Origin: Antedon mediterranea
Taxonomy: Eukaryota > Animalia > Echinodermata
NCBI RefSeq assembly: GCF_964355755.1
Contig: NC_092676.1
Span: 17,316,871-17,380,870, forward strand
DNA length: 64,000 nt
Direction of reading: 5' to 3'
A program made the position numbers and the translations under genes. The notes below the pieces were generated by a model. The model did no database searches. It was not told the origin of the DNA and was given only the letters and a program-made list of their open reading frames with translations. This document shows, one piece after another, positions 49,487 to 61,150 of this stretch; positions within the stretch are counted from its first letter, which is position 1, and each line of letters starts with the position of its first letter.

Positions 49487-51808
49487 TCAAGTATATGTTT
49501 CAATCATATCTTCACTTGCTTCCTTCCTTGTAATACTATATCGGTCTCCCTTTTTCGATGCAAGTTTATAAGCTAATAAAAACAAACCGAATGTAAGGCA
49601 TGAAATTATTAACATCAGGTACATAAGAGAATTGATGTTTTCCTTCTTATTTTGACTGCTATCACCAGTCTGATCATCAGGAAAATACTGCCCAATCACG
49701 AAGGGGATGACCATTTCTCCAAAAGATGCACCAACTACTAGAATAGCAGCGTCATTTCCAGTAACATGTATATAGCGTTCTAGCCAAGATATCCCTGTTG
49801 GGAAGAGTGAAGCCATTGAAGCTCCTAGCAAAGCCGTACCAAACCAGATTCCCACAATACTAACGTTTGCTAAAAGTGATAATATTATGGATGCTCCTGC
49901 GCAGGTAATCACATCCGCCATTAGCATCTGCAATGGCGTAAATACATAAGCTAAAAATATCGCGAATCCGCGAAATACTGCAAAAGAACCCCAGAAGAGG
50001 GAATTAAGAAGAGACGCCTGGTCTTTACTTAATTTTAAATCACAATTAATTGCGTATGAATATATGTAGCTACCAAATGCCACTTCACCTCCTACATAAA
50101 GAAAATAGAAAACAAATAATATGGAAAGCATTTGAATTCGAAACCATTTATCGGTGTGTTCAATAACTGCATCTTCTGCTAGAGGAGCGTGGTTGACTGA
50201 ATTTCTGCATCGGAGTTTGCATTCAAATGAACCCGTGAAACAAAAGTAGAAAAACGTCAAAGATCCAAGAAAAGTTACTGTGGCAATAATGGCGTACGCT
50301 ATGAATATATTCCCGAGTTCTTCGACTTCACCAAAATCAATGGCAGGGATCATAGTTGTGGAACTCGCAGTATTCTCGATTGTATAATTTTCAGTTCCTT
50401 CAATAGCAATGGTGCTTGTCGTAAAATTACAGATCTCATTTTCAGAACACAAACTAAGTATATATTCAGTGACGTTAGTCAATGTTAACTGCATACTTTG
50501 CGTAGTTTTCTCACCACTAAAACTGGTATTAGTCATGTTGTATACATTTCCCAATGTCGGTGTAACTACAGCAAAAACGCTTATGAATGGTTTAGCAATC
50601 AGAGGTGCAGTACTGGCTCCAACAGCGAAAATAAAGTGAAGAGCCTGCATATAAGGCGGTGATCTTCTCTCCCAAATTCGAAGGCATAAAACGTTACCTC
50701 CTAAATACAAACACAATTTAACATTATTTTATATACTTATGTAGTAAGAAATATCAAGCAATTATTGTTACAAATAGTTGGATAAGTTATGTGAATGAAA
50801 ACTGCAATAATTTTACAAATGAACCACATACGTCACAGACACAAGGATTGATTAAAAAAAAACAATTTACTGCGTAACTCCTCGCAGTGAATGGCATTGT
50901 ATCCCCAATAATCCCATGCATCTTTAATTTGTATAACAAACCTGTGTCAAGTCCTCCCATTGCGGTGCCAATGAAAACAAACGCAAACAAGACAGTCCAA
51001 AGTGTGTGCGTAACTGGAACACAAATTGAACCAACAGAACACAGCACTAGAAACGTTCCTAGAAGCCCATAAGCATTTACACGTTCCAACAGCAATCCAG
51101 ATATTATCGAGCCTGTCATATACCCAAAACCACGACTAAGGAAGATGTAGGAGAGTTGACCATAGCTGGCGTCTACTTGGTACAAAAGATCGGGTATTGT
51201 CGGTCCAAGTATTCCTATAATCAGACCCTTTGTGAGAGTAAGAATATTATAAGATTATTAAGTAATGTTTAAGCTTTGACAAATAAAGTATTCAAAATGT
51301 TTTTCGTTATTGTGTTTTTATTTACCATGTTTCTATCTCAAAATATATCATAAACAGATTTTAATTTTTAGTCGCGTGGACGCGACTCTATAGTTCACTA
51401 TGTCGGTCGGTCGGTCTGTCTGTCTGTCGGTCTGTTGGTCTGTCTGTGGGTCCGGTATCACTATGCGTTTTAGCAAGCGACTTATGGCTGTTGGCCTTGT
51501 TTTTAAATGTATCATCAAACCACACAAACTGTTCATATAATTTCAAATTCAGTGGGCCCAGTTGTGTATATTACTGGAGCAGTCATCGCTAGAAACTAAT
51601 TATGCCAACTTACAAGACTAATGAAACCCCAAAACAAAGCAATTGTTTTGGGCCATTTTTGGTCATTCTGTTCTGCATTCTGCTTGCCCACTACATCACG
51701 AAAATCCTTGATAACATACTCCACATGGCTTACTTCTGACGTATCTGACTGCACTTCCAACTTTGTGCATTCATCTTCAGATAATTCATTGAGAGACGAG
51801 GAAGACAT
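49487..51808 (-). CDS. MFSD4: MFSD4/NaGLT1-like major facilitator transporter, paralog 1 (~564 aa; exons 51808-51614, 51227-50942, 50700-49487)
   Basis: GT-AG introns of phase 0 and 1 give one open frame. Family motifs GILGPTIPDL, GGLDTGGNV, PPYMQALHFIFAVGASTAP, FLYVGGEVAFGSYIYSYA, GASMASLFPTGISW. The A/B subfamily cannot be resolved by eye. Confidence 0.9.
51365..51504 (+). mobile_element. HINE family 1 copy in intron 1 of MFS paralog 1
   Basis: Near-identical to 34335-34464. Confidence 0.85.
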
Positions 51809-52697
51809 TTTACTGCTTCAGTTGCACACACTTTTGAATGAAAATATTACACATTTTTACAATACAAGTAACGTGTGAAATTCGTTGCAGAGACAACAAT
51901 TGGGGAACGTCAGCAAAGCAGGATTGATATAAAGATAACCACTGAAAGTAAACGCGGTTACTATCAGGCCCGTAACTAGGATTTTTATGGAGGGGTTCGA
52001 ATTTGGAAAAAAGGGGTGAAGACTTTGATGAAACAACCAACTATGATTAAGTGTAATTAAAGATCAAACGATTAATCTGAAAAACAATGGGGATGGTGGA
52101 TTCCGGATTTCAGTCTATATTTGAAACTAAAGATACAAATGATTTTGTTTACTTTCTATCCTAAAATCATGGAAGGTTAGGTCTAATCATTCTGGTGAGA
52201 GATTCTATAAAATAACAGGCGAACTTCGTCTTGTTTATTGAGCTTACAATATTAATGGGAGTACATCTAATAAAGTATTTATAAAAGTTAGTTACACAAG
52301 TTCTGTTATTGCTATCATGGACTGTAACCAAGGCAAACGATTTACCAGCAACACGAATAACAAGAAAAATTAGCAATGAGAATATAATCTCACTTTCCCG
52401 GAATAACAAATTTCACCATTAATGACCAATTTTCAACACGTTTTCACGAGTAATCCAAATGCCACTAAATAAATGTTGGTAATTTATATAATTCTTGATT
52501 GCTCACAATTTATCATTTATTATTGTAAACTCTGAAAGTTATTCCATTCATTTGTATTCTAAACTGTGACAGATTTTAATCATAATTGTATTTGTATAGG
52601 CCTTACTCAGAATTTGGCTTGAACATGGACGACCCAACACAATAATATAAAGCTAACGAAAAGCTATATCAGGTAATATAACCATATACTTCCTTAA

Positions 52698-53059
52698 AGC
52701 TTGGTTCCCACTAGAACATAACGCAAGGGCGTAAAACGCAACGCAAGCGTTTTAACCAATGACAAGCGAAGTTATAGACAGTTAAGCGTGGTTCCCACTA
52801 GCGACGCAACGCAAGGACGTAACGCAACGCAAGTGAATTGACTAATCACAAGCGATGGCTTATTAGCTTGTGATTGCTAACTGTCTATAACTTCGCTTGT
52901 CATTGGTTAAAATGCTTGCGTTGCGTTTACGTCCTTGTGTTACGTTCTAGTGGGAACCAAGCTTTAGCAACCACAAGCGAATAAGCCATCGCTTGTGATT
53001 GGTCAATTCACTTGCGTTGCGTTACGTCCCTGTGTTGCGTCGCTAGTGGGAACCACGCT
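52698..53059. mobile_element. MITE family A self-nested dimer
   Basis: The outer copy is split at its internal GACAG-TTA-GCAA site by an opposite-orientation 179-bp copy (52785-52963) with TTA duplicated. Outer flanks are TAA/TTA. Confidence 0.92.
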
Positions 53060-53468
53060 TTAGGATGTATTACTATTTATATTCAATGAATTGTTTTATT
53101 GTATACATGTCCAGTATTAGAATTGCTACGTGTCCTGCAAGAACTAGTAAAAAAATGTGTAGGCCTAAAAATGGAAAATGGCCCGTCTGGCAATTTGTAG
53201 GACTAAGAATACCGAAAGAATGAAACTTACATATATTGTGTATACTGTGTTCACTAGACCTCCTTCTCTTGATCACTCATGAAGCTCAGTTTTAACAATT
53301 ACAAAGTCCAAAATACAATAAAATCTGTTTACATTAGCAGGGTCACATGTTAATTATACATACAAGATAACAAATGTGCTCCTATATACTTTCATTGCAT
53401 ATATAGACATTATTATCGTCTCCATTGTCTCAAATAATATTTATATATGGGTCAAAGTACATTTTTAC

Positions 53469-55010
53469 TTTTAATTAGGTGATCATTTAGAATAAAATGA
53501 TCACCTATTGTTATTGTATTAAATCTTTATTATTCTTCTTCTTCTTCTTCTTCTTCTTTCTGTACACTTTTTGTTTAACAAATATCTCAAAAAGTTGAAT
53601 GGCAATGATCACAAAAATTTCAAAATGTCTTTCAAATACTTTAACTTAGTCATAATAAGCTTTTCAGCGTGATCACGCATCCGTGACGTCATTTATACGC
53701 CATTTTGTGAAATCACATTATCAATCATATCTCCATAATTCATTATCACATATTAATGAAATTCACTACACGTAAACTTCAGGTCAAGGTAAAAAATATT
53801 AGCAAATAAAAACTTGCGCGTTTCAAGGTCATGCGCGTGAAATCGCGCGTTAAAAATTTAAAAACTCAAAATTAAGTTTTGATCAATTTAGAGCATGAAT
53901 TAGGCCATTTGCGTGTTTCAAAAACAAGTTTTTGCGTACGCGATTCTTAGAAGGCGTAAAAATGAAATTTGATGTATAAATCACATTCTACTCACAATTC
54001 TTAGTACATACACCGATCTTGAGTCCATTCCGACTTAAAATAACGGTATACGAGCACGTTAAAAATGACAAAATGCGCACATTAATTTCACAAAAGTTCT
54101 GAAAATGGTGAAAAATATGTCTTTTTTAAAATGAAAATAACTCTTCAGAATGCACGATGACCCCTAAGTTTTTAACTTATTCGGGAAGCCATTGAGTTGA
54201 TATAAATGTATATACACATTAGACGTACAAAATGGTATTACGTCATCAAATGGCCACTTGAATTTAAAAATTAGGATTTTTTCCGTTTTGTGTAGGTTAT
54301 CAATATTCAATAGAGCGCATCTCCGCTATTTGAGCTCGATTTTCGCACAAATTTCAGTGTGTGCTTGCTTAATTATTTATCTTTCGCATAAGTTGTCAGT
54401 GTTTTCATTTTGATGACGTCATCACGCGTAAAAACTTGAATAACCTAGGTCGTGTAATTTCACCTTCGCCGTAAATTTGAATATCTTACAGCTCTTCAGA
54501 ATTGAAGGTTACCTTGATGATTATAATTTATTATGAAAGCTGATGAAATGTAGATATGAATTCATATAAAAACCAAGCCTATCGGATGTTGTGACGTTAA
54601 CATATGGCCAGATGAAGTTAAAAAGTATTTTTTTCATCTTTTTCGTCAAAGTTATACAAATTTCCAATTCTTATATTTATTTGCTCAATTCATTGTCTTT
54701 CGAAATTGTCATCTTTGAGTTTATTTTGATAATTCCATCATACCAAAAAATTAGAACATGATGTGTATCGCGTAATTTCACCTAAGCTACACTGCATATA
54801 GATATACAGTATATACTGTACATATTGTATATGGCATATAATAGGCACAACTCAGCACTATAAGCGTATGCATCATGTCATAGGATGGCGTACATCAACT
54901 TTTTACGATCGTATGTTAACGTACGTGCATGTTTAAAAAGTGTTAATTTCATTAAAATGATAAAAATGATCACCTATAATTCGTCAAAGTGACGAATTAA
55001 ATTCTAGTTT
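53469..55010 (+). mobile_element. DINE-1/Helentron-like element, family 2 (~1.54 kb)
   Basis: 5' palindrome TAGGTGATCATTT-AGAATA-AAATGATCACCTA, (CTT)n microsatellite, subterminal AAAATGATCACCTA near 54963, 3' stem-loop AATTCGTCA-AAG-TGACGAATT, ends CTAGTTT; T-rich flanks. Confidence 0.85.
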
Positions 55011-55356
55011 ACTTTCTTGTTGTGAATAATCCCATGCTTCTATTTATTTACTTGGACGGTGACCCCAAATATCTTTATTTAACTTTTTATATAAGCCAAT
55101 AAATTGGAGATTTGAGTTCATGTATAATTTCTGAGGCAAGAAATAAACATGTTGACGTGCCAAATTTATTACTGATTTGGCCATGTGGATTTAAAAGATA
55201 GAATATTGTCTGTTTAGCATAGATAATCAAATTCAACAGAGGGCATATATCCTTTATCCGTTCCCGATTTTCGCTGTTCTTGCTCAGGCAATTATCTTTC
55301 TTATGGGTTAACAATATTTTCTTTATGTTAAAAAAAAAGAATAATTAATGTGGTTC

Positions 55357-55592
55357 CCGTAATTTCACCTATGCTACACTGTATAGTATAATCTACGACA
55401 GACGCAATTCAACACTATAAACGTATTCAGATCATAGATGACTAGCATCAACTTTCTACGCACATGTATTAACGGACGTGCATGGTGCGTTTGCACGGAT
55501 TTAAAAAAAAAAAACATTGAAAACGTCAGGTAAATTCTTCCATCACAAATATCACCTATAATTTGTCAAAGTGAGAAAATAAATGTTAGTTT
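55357..55592 (+). mobile_element. Older 3' fragment of HINE family 2
   Basis: CGTAATTTCACCTATGCTACACTG...ATCACCTATAATTTGTCAAAGTGA...TAGTTT parallels 54771-55010. Confidence 0.7.
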
Positions 55593-55661
55593 ACTACTAT
55601 TAAGTTCACTGGATCTATAGCTTCACGACGTTTGTAATTTTAAGTATAGTATTCTGTGTAA

Positions 55662-55840
55662 AGCGTGGTTTCCACTAGCGACGCAACGCAAGGACGTAAC
55701 GCAACGCAAGTGAATTGACCAATCACAAGCGATGGCTTATTCGCTTGTGATTGCTAACTGTCTATAACTTCGTTTGTCATTGGTTAAAACGTTTGCGTTG
55801 CGTTTACGTCCTTGCGTTACGTTCTAGTGGGAACCAAGCT
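55662..55840. mobile_element. MITE family A monomer (179 bp, Harbinger/Tourist-like)
   Basis: AGCGTGGTTTCCACTAG...CTAGTGGGAACCAAGCT imperfect long TIRs, internal hairpin AATCACAAGCGA/TCGCTTGTGATT, TAA/TTA flanks. Confidence 0.9.
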
Positions 55841-55944
55841 TTATACTACACGGCGTATAGCCTATTAAAACGGTATCTTCTTCGCTTTAATCGTCACCGT
55901 CATGTGAACGAACGAATATAAATGGAGGGAAAGAGAAAGCACTA

Positions 55945-57440
55945 TTATCTCTATCGTCTTGCTCATCACCATAATCAACACCTTGGTTGTCTTCCTAATC
56001 ATAAATCAGTATCTCCATTGACTTGCTCGCACCACCATAGATCATCCGTTATAGGCCTATATTAAATGTTTTATTACTCATCACTATATTATCACATTGT
56101 TCGCTTTGCTCATCAACATAGTCATCACCTTCATTGTCTTGCTCATCAACATAATCATCCCCTCCATTGTCTTGCTCATCAACATAATCATCACCTCCAT
56201 TGTCTTGGGCATCATCATAATCATTATCTCGCTTGTCTTGCTCATCGCCATCATCATAATTTCCGTCGTTTTGCTCATCAAACATAATCATCCTTTCCGT
56301 CGTCTTGGTCATTAACATAACCATCATTTCCTTCGTCTTGCTCATCAACATAATTATCTTTCCGTCGTCTGCTTAGTCAACATGATCATCTTCGTCATTT
56401 TGCTCATTAACATAATCATCAATTCCGTCGTCCTGCTCATCAACATAATCATCATTTCTATCGTCTTGTTCATCACCATAATCATCATTTCCGTCGTCTG
56501 CTCATAAACATAATAAGCTTCGTCGTTTTGCTCATCAACATAATTATCATTTCCGTCTTAATTTTCATCAACATAATCATCATTTTCGTCGTCTGTTCAT
56601 CAACATAATCATCTGATCGTTTTGCTCATCAACATAACCATCTTCGTCGTTTTGCTCCTCAACATAATCATCATTTCCGTCGTTTTATTCATCACCATAA
56701 ATCATAATTTCCGTCGTCTTGTTCATCACCATAATCATCATTTCCCTCGTCTTGCTCATCAACAAAATCATCATTTCCGTCGTCTGCTCATCAAAATAAT
56801 CATCACGTCGACTTGTTCATCACCATAATTATTTCCGTCGTCTTGTTCATCACCATAATCATCATTTTCGTCGTCCTGCTCATCAACATAATCATCATTT
56901 CCGTCGTCTGCTCATCAAAATAATCATAACGTCGACTTGTTCATCACCATAATCATTATGTCCTTCGTCTTGTTCATCACCATAATCGTCATTTTCGTCG
57001 TCTTGCTCATCAACATAATCATCGTCGTCTTGCTCATCAACATAATCGTCGTCGTCTTGCTCATTAACATAATCTCATTTACGTCGTCTTGCTCATCAAC
57101 ATACTCATCATTTCCGTCGTCTTGCTAATCAACATAATCATTATTTCCGTCGGCTGCTCTTCAACATAATCATTCCCGTCGTCTTGCTCATCAACATAAT
57201 CATTTCCGTCGTCTTGCGCATCAACATACTCATCATTTCCGTCGTCTTGCGCATCAACATACTCATCATTTTCGTCGTTTTGCTCATCAACGTGATCATT
57301 ATCATCATCTTGGTCATCAACATAATGATCATTTTCTTCATCTTACTCATCAACATAATCCTCATCAACATAATCCTCATTTCCGTCGCCTTACTCATCA
57401 ACATAATCATCTTGTCTTGCTCAACCCAATAATCATTAAC
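55945..57440. repeat. ~30-33-bp degenerate minisatellite (~1.5 kb)
   Basis: Unit TTGCTCATCAACATAATCATCATTTCCGTCGTC; explains the repetitive ORFs in several frames. Confidence 0.95.
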
Positions 57441-58349
57441 CGCATCCTCTTGGTCGCCATCCTTTTAAAATAGAATATGATATCACATTATTACACATTC
57501 CATGAAATTCTTTTGAATTATGAACATAAGGTCAGGGATGCACAAGGGCCAACTGAATAAGAGATATTTAAAAGTAGATGGAAACTACACTTAATACACT
57601 GATCATATTATTAGTATTTAATGACAAATTTGTCAAAAACACAACATATACCAACTTTTAAAACAATTCTGAGTATTACTTTTTAAAGTATAAAAACAAC
57701 AAATGCACCACCAACTTTTGGTTAGTCTTGGTTTTTGACATTTTGTCAACAACTGCTTAATCAATACACTAATCATATTAGTATTTCATTTTATATGATT
57801 CATTATAAACATAATACAAAAACTTTTAAAAGATACATTTAAACAAACTATCAATTCGAAAATGAAAACATAATCTGAGTATTACTCTAAATTATTTTTT
57901 AGTCTTTTTTTGTTTAGAAATTTTTTCTTAATCCTACAGTGCTTGTAGGATTCCACCTCTGTGCGTACCATATTTAAGAAAACCAAGTGATTTTTTAATA
58001 AATTGTAAAAAAAATACTAAATGAGATAATTATGTAATTTTTGGTGTGGTTGGTTGGGAGTAAAAAAATAAATAAATAAAATTGATATGCCCAAATCACT
58101 GAGATGATTTAATATTTAATGTTTACGGTGGTCTTTTATTTGTAAAATTTATTCATTTTCTTATTTTATTCAAAACTAAGCTTATTTGATTATAACACCA
58201 CAACTCTTGTTAAAAAGGAATGTGTTATGGCTAACTACCAAGGCATATCTTTCAGCCGATTTGTTTATTCTTAAACTGAGACAACAATTGAACTGTTGAT
58301 GAACAACAGTTTGTAACCCTGATGCACCAAATACAACAAATATTTCATA

Positions 58350-61150
58350 CTATTCACTGTGCTTTTTTGATGAGAATGTAATGGTCTTTCCATTTTTATG
58401 CATTTTTGGTTTTCTTGCTTGTGTAATGGCTGCTTCCACATTTGCCTGAGACAGCATTGCTTTTTTTTCAGGTTTTTTGTTATGTAGGCATTTTTCAGCA
58501 TTATTTACAGCAATTGTATTTGCGGCATAGAACAACAAAGGTAATGCCACTGAAATAGCAGCCATTATGTACATCAACATATCATCGTTACCTTTATCAC
58601 TATCTTCTTGAAAATATTGGCCAACAAGAAAAGGTATTACCATTTCACCAGCAGCAGCACCAATTACCAGCATTGCTGCGGCTTTACCAGTAACTGTCAG
58701 ATATTGTTCTAACCACGACAGACCAGTTGGAAAAAGAGAAGCCATTGAAGCACCAAGAAAAATCGTACCAAACCACAGAGCGTATGAGTGGGTACTACCA
58801 AAAAAGAGTAGGAGAACAGAAGATGCTATACAGCCAATCATGTCTGCTACGAGTAGGTAATAAGGAGGAAAATAGCTTGCACAACAAATTGCAATGGCAC
58901 GAAACATAGCGAAGCTGATCCAGAAGGAAGAGTTAAGTAAAGAAGCTTCATCTTCACTCATCCCTAACTTACTATCAATGGCATAAGAAAAGATAAAGCT
59001 GCCAAATGCCATCTCTGCTCCTACATAAAGGAAATAGAACACAAACATTATTGAAAGCATCTGTTGATTGAAGCGACTACTAAAACTTGTACCAGATACA
59101 CTAGCAGACAATTGAGTATGCATTTTTTTCTTTGGGGAACTCCAGGAAAAGTAAAAGAATGCTAAGCTATTAAAGGCAACAAATGCAGCAATTATATAGT
59201 AGATATTGGTTATTTTGTTATCATCACCACCACCTAATGTTGTTACTGTTAGAATAGTGGACATTGGTTCTTCTGCTGTAGTAATATTGTCAGTCAGTTG
59301 TTCTGAACTACTAGTGTTAATGGACATTGGTCCTTCTGCTGTAGTAATATTGGCAGTCAGTTGTTCTGAACTACTAGTGTTAATGGACATTGGTCCTTCT
59401 GCTGTAGTAATATTGGCAGTCAGTTGTTCTGAACTACTAGTGTTAGTGGACATTGGTTCTTCTGCTGTAGTAATATTGGCAGTCAGTTGTACTGAACTAC
59501 CAATGCTAGTGGACATTGATTCTTCTGTGGTAATAATGTTGTCAGTCGATTGTGCAAAACTACCAGTGGTTATAAATTCTGTTGTGGACAGTGGTCCGTC
59601 TGTGGTAGAAATTTCAGTTGATAGTGTTGCGTTATACAGTATAGTTATGGTTTCAGTTGTATTAAAATCCTCATTTCGACTATTTCTAGTCAGCTCTGTG
59701 GTCAGAAATGGCTTGACCATTAATGGCGCTAACAGTGCTCCCACGGCAAAACTAAAATGTAAGGCCTGCATGAATGGGGGTGATCTTTTTCCCCACAATC
59801 TCAAACACACAACATTAGCTCCTGCAATGAGTAATTAAAGTAAAAAACAGTTAACAAACAGGTTTAATCAATCAAGGTAGTTGTTGAGGCATAGGATTTA
59901 AAAGAAAAAACATTTTGTTATACAGTATAAAAATTAATGAACAATCAAAGATGACACAAACTACAGTTTCGATTTTACTAGCCAACAGCCTAGTCTTGTG
60001 TCACTGAATTCTTATCAATTCAAAGATTGATCTTGTTGTGATAGACTTACTCAAGTAAAATATAGGTGGTAATTAACATAACAGAAAGAAGGAAAGAACA
60101 AGATACTTTTACCTGTGTCCAATGATCCCATAGCCAAGCCAATAAAAACAAACAAGAACATGACCAGGCTAACATCCGATGCTGTTGGAATAAAACACAA
60201 ACTGAACGTGCATGTGGCAAGACATATTCCTATGAACATCAGAGGGTTCAGCATCTCAAACATACACCCCGTCATGATTGATCCAATAAAATATCCAAAT
60301 CCTCTGCCTAGGAACACATAAACTATTTGGGAGGGAGTACTACCCGTCTGTGATTCTAAAAATGGTAAAGTCGGCCCGAGAACAGCAATACATAAGCCCT
60401 AAAAGGAAATAAAAAAAAAAAATCAAAATCATCATAATAATTTAATAGTACTTAAACCTGAAAAGGTTAAATAAGACTTATGCAGTGCACTTATGTCGAC
60501 ATGGAACTCAACTCAACAGTAGCTTAGTTCCTTTCAGTTGCCCATGTTTGACTAATTTCTGGAACTAAAAACTAGGTAACCTCGACCGCCAACGATCAGA
60601 TCAATGTTACTATATAAGGGCTTGCGCACACTTGTTCCTACAGACCTGTCATGTGTGCCGTAACAACTAGTTACAATCAATTCTATTGTCAACGAAAGCG
60701 CTTGCACCGTTTGTTCCTTTCATTTCCGCTCAGTTGGGACAAAGCTGCATGTTGACATAAGCTTGCTTTTATGTGGATTTCCTGACATTTTTCTCCAGAA
60801 GGGTGGACCAGGATTTCTAAATGGGGAGTGGTAATAATAGTGGATGTTCCCTTTGCACAAAAAAACAATGAACATTTGACAAATTTCCACAAATAGGCTG
60901 GTTGGCTGTAGATATAAAATGATGGAGAAGGAAATTGTTATTCTATGAGGGAAAAAATCTGAGAGAGTATGGTATTGGAAATTCACAAAAACAAAAAACT
61001 CACAACAGACATAAAAGCTCCACAAAGAAACAGTGTTTTAATCAGTCGTCTATCTTCTGGTGTGTGTAGGATATCTGCCACATTTTTTGCTTTCTTGTTG
61101 AGCAGACCAACATCAAAAGCCTCAAACAGGACATCTTCATCATCTGACAT
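58350..61150 (-). CDS. MFSD4: MFSD4/NaGLT1-like major facilitator transporter, paralog 2 (~634 aa; exons 61150-61004, 60398-60113, 59821-58350)
   Basis: Same intron positions and phases as paralog 1, and the same 286-nt exon 2 length. Motifs AVLGPTLP, GSLDTGANV, PPFMQALHFSFAVGALLAP, FLYVGAEMAFGSFIFSYA, GASMASLFPTGLSW. An acceptor 6 nt upstream of the ATG implies an upstream UTR exon. Confidence 0.92.
59255..59548 (-). repeat. In-frame 63-bp (21-aa) coding tandem repeat
   Basis: TANITTAEGPMSINTSSSEQL-type unit, about 4.5 copies, central copies near-identical. Confidence 0.95.

Noticed and set aside
55945-57440. Minisatellites (also 40273-40533, 17410-18440) and the MITE A arms as possible CRISPR arrays
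   Set aside because: Units are contiguous and degenerate with no unique spacers; no cas genes; eukaryotic context.
59206-59838. 210-aa + strand ORF
   Set aside because: Antisense shadow of the repeat-containing MFS exon 3.
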